This document shows positions 58,790 through 64,000 of a stretch of 64,000 nt of DNA, in pieces. The DNA lies in contig JBHPHU010000003.1 of assembly GCA_042571405.1 (NCBI GenBank), positions 3,838 to 67,837 of the forward strand. The letters are read 5' to 3'. The stretch comes from Candidatus Omnitrophota bacterium. Lineage in GTDB: Bacteria > Omnitrophota > Gorgyraeia > Gorgyraeales > Gorgyraeaceae. Both the position numbers and the translations under genes were made by a program. Positions within the stretch are counted from its first letter, which is position 1. Each line of letters opens with the position of its first letter. The notes under the pieces were generated by a model, which was not told the origin of the DNA, did no database searches, and saw only the letters and a program-made list of their open reading frames with translations.

Positions 58790-61700
58790 ATGAGAGAAGA
58801 TAAAGGCATTGCTTTAATCCTGGTTGTAAGTGTTTTGGCTGTGGCTGGCATAATGGCAGTGTCTTTTGCCTTTACCATGCGGCTGGAACTAAAGTCCGCG
58901 AATAATTATTTCGAGGCCACAAGGGCGTCTTATCTGGCAGAGGCAGGTATCAGTTATGCGCAGTCGATCCTAAAAGAAGACGAGAGAGGAATCGATAGCT
59001 TTGAAGATAAATGGCATACTATTTTTTCAGGAGCGGATGTTGATAATGACGGAGATGAAGAGCTGGATTCAAAATGGATATATGTCTACAATGACCTGGA
59101 TGAGCCGGTAGGCCGTTACGCGGTTTTGGTAAGGGACCAGACAAGTCTTTTAAACATAAATATTGCTACAAAACATAATATCTCTCCGCTGAAGACCACG
59201 GAAGGATGGACGCCGTACGAACTGGACCTGCAGAAATTCCTTGCCTCTTTTGAGATGGATGATTCTCAAAAAGCCTACGAGGAGATACTAGACTTTAGAT
59301 ATGGTTTTGATGGTGAGCCAGGCGCCTCAGGCGTAGACGATAATCAAAACCAGAGGGTTCTTTCCTCAGACGGCATAGACAATAATGCCGACGGCATTAT
59401 TGATGAGGCAGGCGAGGGCATTGACGAGCCAATGGAATTTACAGCGGATGTTCCTTTTGGTGACGATAGCGCATTCCAGACGCCGTTCGAGCTAGCTAAG
59501 ATAAGTTCTGTTCCAAAGGATGTCTTCAAAAAGATATACGCCTATATAACTTCATATTCTGTTGACAAAAATCTTGATGTGGAAGGCCGCATAAGAGAGA
59601 ATATAAATTTTATGGATGCCGCGACACTGGCAATACTTCTGGAGGATGCAGGCGTAAGTGATCCATTCCAGAAGGCAGTCAATATAATGGACGCGTGCGA
59701 CGAGGATTTTAGCCAGAGTATTATAACAAAGCTATACAACAGGATAGCAGCTGTTAATAGAGGCCCGGTGGGTGACTGGACCTGGAAGAGCGGGCATTAT
59801 GAGAGTGATATAAGTAATGGAAAGTCACTTACTATCTCATGGATTAATGTGCCGGAGGGAGAATATTACATAGGTGTCTTTGGCGTGGAGGATGAATTAG
59901 TAGGGGACGTTACGATTAATAATATGACCCAAGCTTCAGTAAAACATGGAGAGATCTTGAGGTTCGGCGCTATTGCGTTTGAGAACAAGACATTGAACTT
60001 GAAGGTTACAGGCGCGCAGGGGGACAAGACATGTTATTTTTCGCACATAGAATTATATCCAAGGCTTGGCCAGGAAGATTTTAGTTCTGTTGAGATAAGG
60101 GGCGTGGAAGGCATAAGGATAAATGAGATAATGGTAAAGCCGATTCTGACCAGGGCTGTTTTTGAAGGACAGGATCCTGGCGGTGACTGGTCGTGGCAGG
60201 GCAGCTCTTGCTATAATGATTACCCTAATGGCGGCAAGTCAGGCGAAGGGTCTTGGAAGTGGGAAGATATTCCCGACGGAGATTATTACGTCCGCCTGTT
60301 TGCGGACGGGTCAGGCCAGTATGTAGGGGATGTAGAGATAAACGGCGCGCATTCAAGGGATATGGTAGACGGAAATCTGTTTGGCGGAGGAAAAACAGTA
60401 ACTGTTTCAGGTAAGAAGCTTATCGTCAGGATACAGAATAATCGTCCCTCTGGTTCAACATCTTTTAGGTCAATCGAATTGAGTCAGGAGCCGGATGGAG
60501 AATATATAGAGTTAGTAAATCTTACTCCCAGAGAGGTAAATCTGGGCGGATGGAGTGTTGAGGGTCCCAGCAAAGAAAGCTGGCCTGCTGCTATTCCTCT
60601 TGGGACTGTTATTGGGCCTGATGAGCATCTTGCGCTTTGCGTTGACAAAGATGATTCACAGGCAGGTATCAATAATAATGATATATCGTTCATATCTATA
60701 TGGGGACAAGAGAGATCACAGGAGCTTCATTTTTTAAAGGCAGTAACGCCTGAGTCAGATCTGCTTTCCAATGAGAGTGAGCCAGGAGGAAATATCATTA
60801 CCCTCAAAGACTCTATGGGGCATATTGTTGATCAAGTAGAGTATTTTGTAAACGGTATCAGTGAGATGAAAAGCCTGGAGCGTTCAGACCCGAGCTATGT
60901 CTTGGATTCAAATTCTAACGGAGTGCCGGATAACTGGTATTTGTCCGGGGCAGAAAATGGCGCAACACCAGGCCTGCCCAATAATAATGATGGCATGAAA
61001 GAGGAGATAGTAGAGGGAGACGTGGTAGTAGATACCATAGAACATGATATTACGGAAGTAGAAGTGAAAAATAAAAATTTTTCTTCGGTTGGCGAGCTTG
61101 CGTTTACGTCTCTGGGCAGCGAGGAATGGAAGAGTATAGCGTTCGAGGATGTTTCTAAAGTAGCTGACAGGTTAACCGTGTTTGGTATAAGACTGGAGGC
61201 AGAAGGCCATATTGTCTCTGGTGAAGATGGCGGATGGGGTATTGTGCAGAGAGCGTCTCCTTTTACAGATCATTTTGAAAGCGGCGGCCTGGATGAGATC
61301 GGCACGTGGCGCTGGGAAGAAAAAGACGGGATCAAGGACGGTTATTATACATTAAGGATATTTGGTCAGGAGGAAGAGGAAATAGCAGTGTCTTTGCGCC
61401 TGGCAGATGACACATGGACGAGCTTTACGCCGCCTCTTAGTCCGGGCCCTGACGGAAGCATACTTTTTGGAAGCATAGAGGTCGGAACAGAGAGCGATAT
61501 ATCAGCTCCTAAGGGTATACTGGAACTAAAGGTAAAGAATGTTTCCAAGACCGCTGCCGCGCATTTTGATTTTATAAGATTAGACCCTGTGAATTCTATT
61601 GATGGAAAGATAAATATAAATACCGCGTCGAAAAAAGTGCTCAGCGTATTGCCTGGTATGGATGAGAGCGCAGCGGATAAGATTATATCTAACAGGGTGT

Positions 61701-61915
61701 ACGGGAATAGGAATGGTTTGCGGCTGGGTATAGGCGATCTGATCTCAGGTGACGCGCTTGGCTCTGAAGACGCGGAGAAAAGAGAAAAATTCAAGCAGAT
61801 CTCAAACCTTGTGACAGTACACTCTGACATCTACAGGATCATAGTGACCGGCCAGACATTGGATAATGGCAAGGTACTGGCAGAGAAGAAGATATGGGCA
61901 GTGTTTGAGAGGTAA
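58790..61915 (+). CDS. Giant GspK/PilX-like minor pseudopilin with lamin-tail and beta-sandwich inserts
   Basis: KG|IALILVV N-terminus, A.YLAEAGI, LNINIA/ININTAS, DGIDNNADGIIDE, INEIM..EYIELVN..LGGWS, HhH LPGM. Confidence 0.7.
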   Translation: MREDKGIALILVVSVLAVAGIMAVSFAFTMRLELKSANNYFEATRASYLAEAGISYAQSILKEDERGIDSFEDKWHTIFSGADVDNDGDEELDSKWIYVYNDLDEPVGRYAVLVRDQTSLLNINIATKHNISPLKTTEGWTPYELDLQKFLASFEMDDSQKAYEEILDFRYGFDGEPGASGVDDNQNQRVLSSDGIDNNADGIIDEAGEGIDEPMEFTADVPFGDDSAFQTPFELAKISSVPKDVFKKIYAYITSYSVDKNLDVEGRIRENINFMDAATLAILLEDAGVSDPFQKAVNIMDACDEDFSQSIITKLYNRIAAVNRGPVGDWTWKSGHYESDISNGKSLTISWINVPEGEYYIGVFGVEDELVGDVTINNMTQASVKHGEILRFGAIAFENKTLNLKVTGAQGDKTCYFSHIELYPRLGQEDFSSVEIRGVEGIRINEIMVKPILTRAVFEGQDPGGDWSWQGSSCYNDYPNGGKSGEGSWKWEDIPDGDYYVRLFADGSGQYVGDVEINGAHSRDMVDGNLFGGGKTVTVSGKKLIVRIQNNRPSGSTSFRSIELSQEPDGEYIELVNLTPREVNLGGWSVEGPSKESWPAAIPLGTVIGPDEHLALCVDKDDSQAGINNNDISFISIWGQERSQELHFLKAVTPESDLLSNESEPGGNIITLKDSMGHIVDQVEYFVNGISEMKSLERSDPSYVLDSNSNGVPDNWYLSGAENGATPGLPNNNDGMKEEIVEGDVVVDTIEHDITEVEVKNKNFSSVGELAFTSLGSEEWKSIAFEDVSKVADRLTVFGIRLEAEGHIVSGEDGGWGIVQRASPFTDHFESGGLDEIGTWRWEEKDGIKDGYYTLRIFGQEEEEIAVSLRLADDTWTSFTPPLSPGPDGSILFGSIEVGTESDISAPKGILELKVKNVSKTAAAHFDFIRLDPVNSIDGKININTASKKVLSVLPGMDESAADKIISNRVYGNRNGLRLGIGDLISGDALGSEDAEKREKFKQISNLVTVHSDIYRIIVTGQTLDNGKVLAEKKIWAVFER

Positions 61916-62031
61916 CCCCAGGTCTTTGATGGTAATCAATGTTTACCTTGACATTGCCTTATTTATATAGTATACTTGTTGTAGATTATAAAAGTATTTT
62001 TTAAGTGAATTCTTGTAAATAGGAGATAGAT

Positions 62032-63054
62032 ATGAGCGTAAAGAAAGCCATAAGCATAAGTGTGTGTATTTTCTTGTTTGCATCAATACAGGGTAAGGCC
62101 CTTGCTTCCTCTCATACGCATACTAAAAACAGCAATTCCACCTTACGCCCTCAGTTGGCTTTTAAGGCTGAAAATGACCCAAGAAACAGAACTTTAGAAC
62201 AAGATCTCGTTGAGCTTATAGCAGGCTTTGATCTGAAGGATGGCTTCACTAAGGGTGCGAATTTTGTCTTACTAAAATATAGCCACTATGCTGCAATATC
62301 ATATAAGGTTACGAAAAATACTGTTTATCTTTTTTTTATATATAAAGATCTTTCTGAGCAAACCATTTTAAAACTAGATAAAAAATATATAAATAAATCG
62401 CAAGCATATTCTGAAGTCAAATTTATACAGACCAAAGAATACGCTGAAGTGCCTGGAGCGAGCAGGTCTATAATTATGCCTAGGACATTTATTGTTGATG
62501 GTGAATTCGATGAATCACCCACAGGGAAGACAATCAATATGATTCTTGATCCTCTAGAATTATGGAAGTATCTTTCCTCACCCAATTTTGTAGAAAGCAT
62601 AAATCTTAGTGCCGAAAATAGAATATATCTTCTAGTAGGTAATACCTATCATAGTGTAGACATGGCTACACTTAAAGCCTTGGAAAAATTAGAAGTTATT
62701 AACATAATTTATGCCGGGGATAAAGGAGAAAAAATTGTAGGATTTGTCATGTCTCTTCAGAGTACAGATGTTCAGGATTATGTGGTGGATAGCATTATAG
62801 AAGCGTTAAAAGCTGAGAACCGATACTTAGCTACAGATGACTTAGGCGAAGATAGTATTATTCAGCTAAAAAAAATAATAAAATATACTTTAAATTTAGA
62901 CGCAGGTTCCGAGGCTAATTTGGAACTTGGCATAAGTGATGAAATCTATAGCCAGACATATTACCCTTCTTTGAATAGCTGGCTCATTCTTCGTGGTCTT
63001 GGTGCCTCGCTAACTAAGGAAGCACAGATCCCTGAGACACTCTCAGATCTTTAA
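62032..63054 (+). CDS. Signal peptide + LRP hypothetical protein
   Basis: ALA cleavage-like site, STLRPQLAF (LRP aa 38-40); own TTGACA-17-TATACT promoter (61948-61976) and AGGAG SD. Confidence 0.7.
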   Translation: MSVKKAISISVCIFLFASIQGKALASSHTHTKNSNSTLRPQLAFKAENDPRNRTLEQDLVELIAGFDLKDGFTKGANFVLLKYSHYAAISYKVTKNTVYLFFIYKDLSEQTILKLDKKYINKSQAYSEVKFIQTKEYAEVPGASRSIIMPRTFIVDGEFDESPTGKTINMILDPLELWKYLSSPNFVESINLSAENRIYLLVGNTYHSVDMATLKALEKLEVINIIYAGDKGEKIVGFVMSLQSTDVQDYVVDSIIEALKAENRYLATDDLGEDSIIQLKKIIKYTLNLDAGSEANLELGISDEIYSQTYYPSLNSWLILRGLGASLTKEAQIPETLSDL

Positions 63055-63122
63055 AATACAATTGGCAATAGACCAATAAAAATTTACTTGATTGTTTTAA
63101 AGAGGCCTAGTATACTGAAAAT

Positions 63123-64000
63123 ATGCTGAGGCCTTTTTTTAGTAAATTAATTTTTACAAAGACCGCTTTAATTTCTGCAGTGGTCTTTTTTGTTTTTACA
63201 GGAATTTGCGCTGCGAGTCTTTCTAGTAGCGAGAGTTATAAATTACATACTGCTATGGCAAATGGCGGCGGAGCAGCTGGTTCGTCAACAGCTTACAATG
63301 CAGAGAATAGCGTTGGCTCGCCAATGGGTACAGCTGTTGCTACCGGTACTAGCTATAAGATATATTCAGGACTCCTTGCCACAACAAATGCCTTACCCGG
63401 CGTTACTATTTCATCTTACAATGATGGCCTGTTGATAAATGATGATACACCTTCTCTGGAATGGACTTACGAGGATAAAGATACGGATCCTCAGCGTTAT
63501 TACCAGGTGCAGGTCTCACAGGATAATTTTGTTACGCTTGCAGTAGATTCAGGGCTCGTTACATCAAGTGATACCAGTTTTACAACTCCTGTGCTTTCAA
63601 CTGATGAAGCCGGTGTTAGCTACCGCTGGCGCGTAAGGGTGAGCGATGGGTTTGATTATTCAGGATGGCAGAATGCTACAGCTGGCTTTAGGCTTACTAC
63701 CGCGGCAATGGACGTGCCTATAATATGGGCAAGGGTATCTGCGGGCGGAAGTGAGATTCCTGCTAAGTTATGGCAGGATTGCGGTACTCCTTATATGTAT
63801 TGGGAGTATCCTGTTACAGGTCTGGATATCGCGGGTTATAGTTATGCATGGGGGAGCATGCCGGATGATCAGATTGACACAACAGACTTTTCTTATCAGA
63901 CAGACCAGGACCTACTCTCTGACGGGGTAAGGGTATTTAATCTTACAGCGCAGAATACAGGAGGCAGTTGGAGCGATATGGCTTCTTTTGAGATATGGAT
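63123..64000 (+). CDS. Secreted Fn3/Ig-like domain protein (partial; not in the ORF track)
   Basis: Open frame to the window end: signal peptide, TPSLEWTY.D.D.DPQ.YYQVQVS, YRWRVRVSDG; promoter TTGATT-17-TATACT. Confidence 0.8.
   Translation, partial: MLRPFFSKLIFTKTALISAVVFFVFTGICAASLSSSESYKLHTAMANGGGAAGSSTAYNAENSVGSPMGTAVATGTSYKIYSGLLATTNALPGVTISSYNDGLLINDDTPSLEWTYEDKDTDPQRYYQVQVSQDNFVTLAVDSGLVTSSDTSFTTPVLSTDEAGVSYRWRVRVSDGFDYSGWQNATAGFRLTTAAMDVPIIWARVSAGGSEIPAKLWQDCGTPYMYWEYPVTGLDIAGYSYAWGSMPDDQIDTTDFSYQTDQDLLSDGVRVFNLTAQNTGGSWSDMASFEIW

Noticed and set aside
63123-63140. MLRP at the start of the last gene as a ninth LRP-family member
   Set aside because: The motif precedes rather than follows the hydrophobic core, and the cargo is a normal extracellular Fn3-like domain
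63190-63435. 81-aa ORF in the track
   Set aside because: Out-of-frame shadow of the longer open frame starting at 63123
1-64000. tRNA, rRNA, riboswitch or selenocysteine recoding
   Set aside because: None recognised by eye and no in-frame TGA splitting a conserved gene was seen; tRNAscan-SE and Infernal would be needed to exclude them

Overview
Bacterial chromosomal window from an AT-rich, apparently anaerobic diderm. The gene style is compatible with Candidatus Omnitrophota (PVC group), but this is inference only. Housekeeping content: tatC 3' end; an Rrf2-led oxidative/nitrosative stress cluster (ferredoxin, flavin reductase-rubredoxin, FprA, rubrerythrins, glutaredoxin, OGG); a large glucan phosphorylase; era; nadE; a LarA-like/FAD oxidoreductase pair; an SNF transporter; a UvrD-nuclease fusion; htpX; a MoxR-DUF58-BatA-E operon; intein-containing nrdJ with NrdR boxes; dcd; gpmA; and a giant GspK-like protein. 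Accessory content: MNT-HEPN, HipBST-like and nucleotidyltransferase toxin-antitoxin modules, an ATPase-DUF234 gene, GxxExxY relics and several REP/MITE-like palindrome families. The most striking signal is a family of eight otherwise unrelated proteins at three loci (23.4-25.0 kb, 46.1-56.3 kb, 62.0-63.1 kb). They share a signal-peptide-like N-terminus, an L-R-[VI]?-P motif at residues 27-40 and an aliphatic last residue. Their cargo domains are normally cytoplasmic: P-loop kinase, HxGH nucleotidyltransferase, winged helix, ADP-ribosyltransferase-like, glycogen-phosphorylase-like and histidine kinase. This is a candidate undescribed export signal and effector repertoire. A second recurring pattern is accessory DNA bracketed by duplicated termini of host genes (fprA, nadE, SNF transporter, dcd twice). 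No rRNA, tRNA or CRISPR array was recognised. All calls come from reading motifs by eye; no searches were run.
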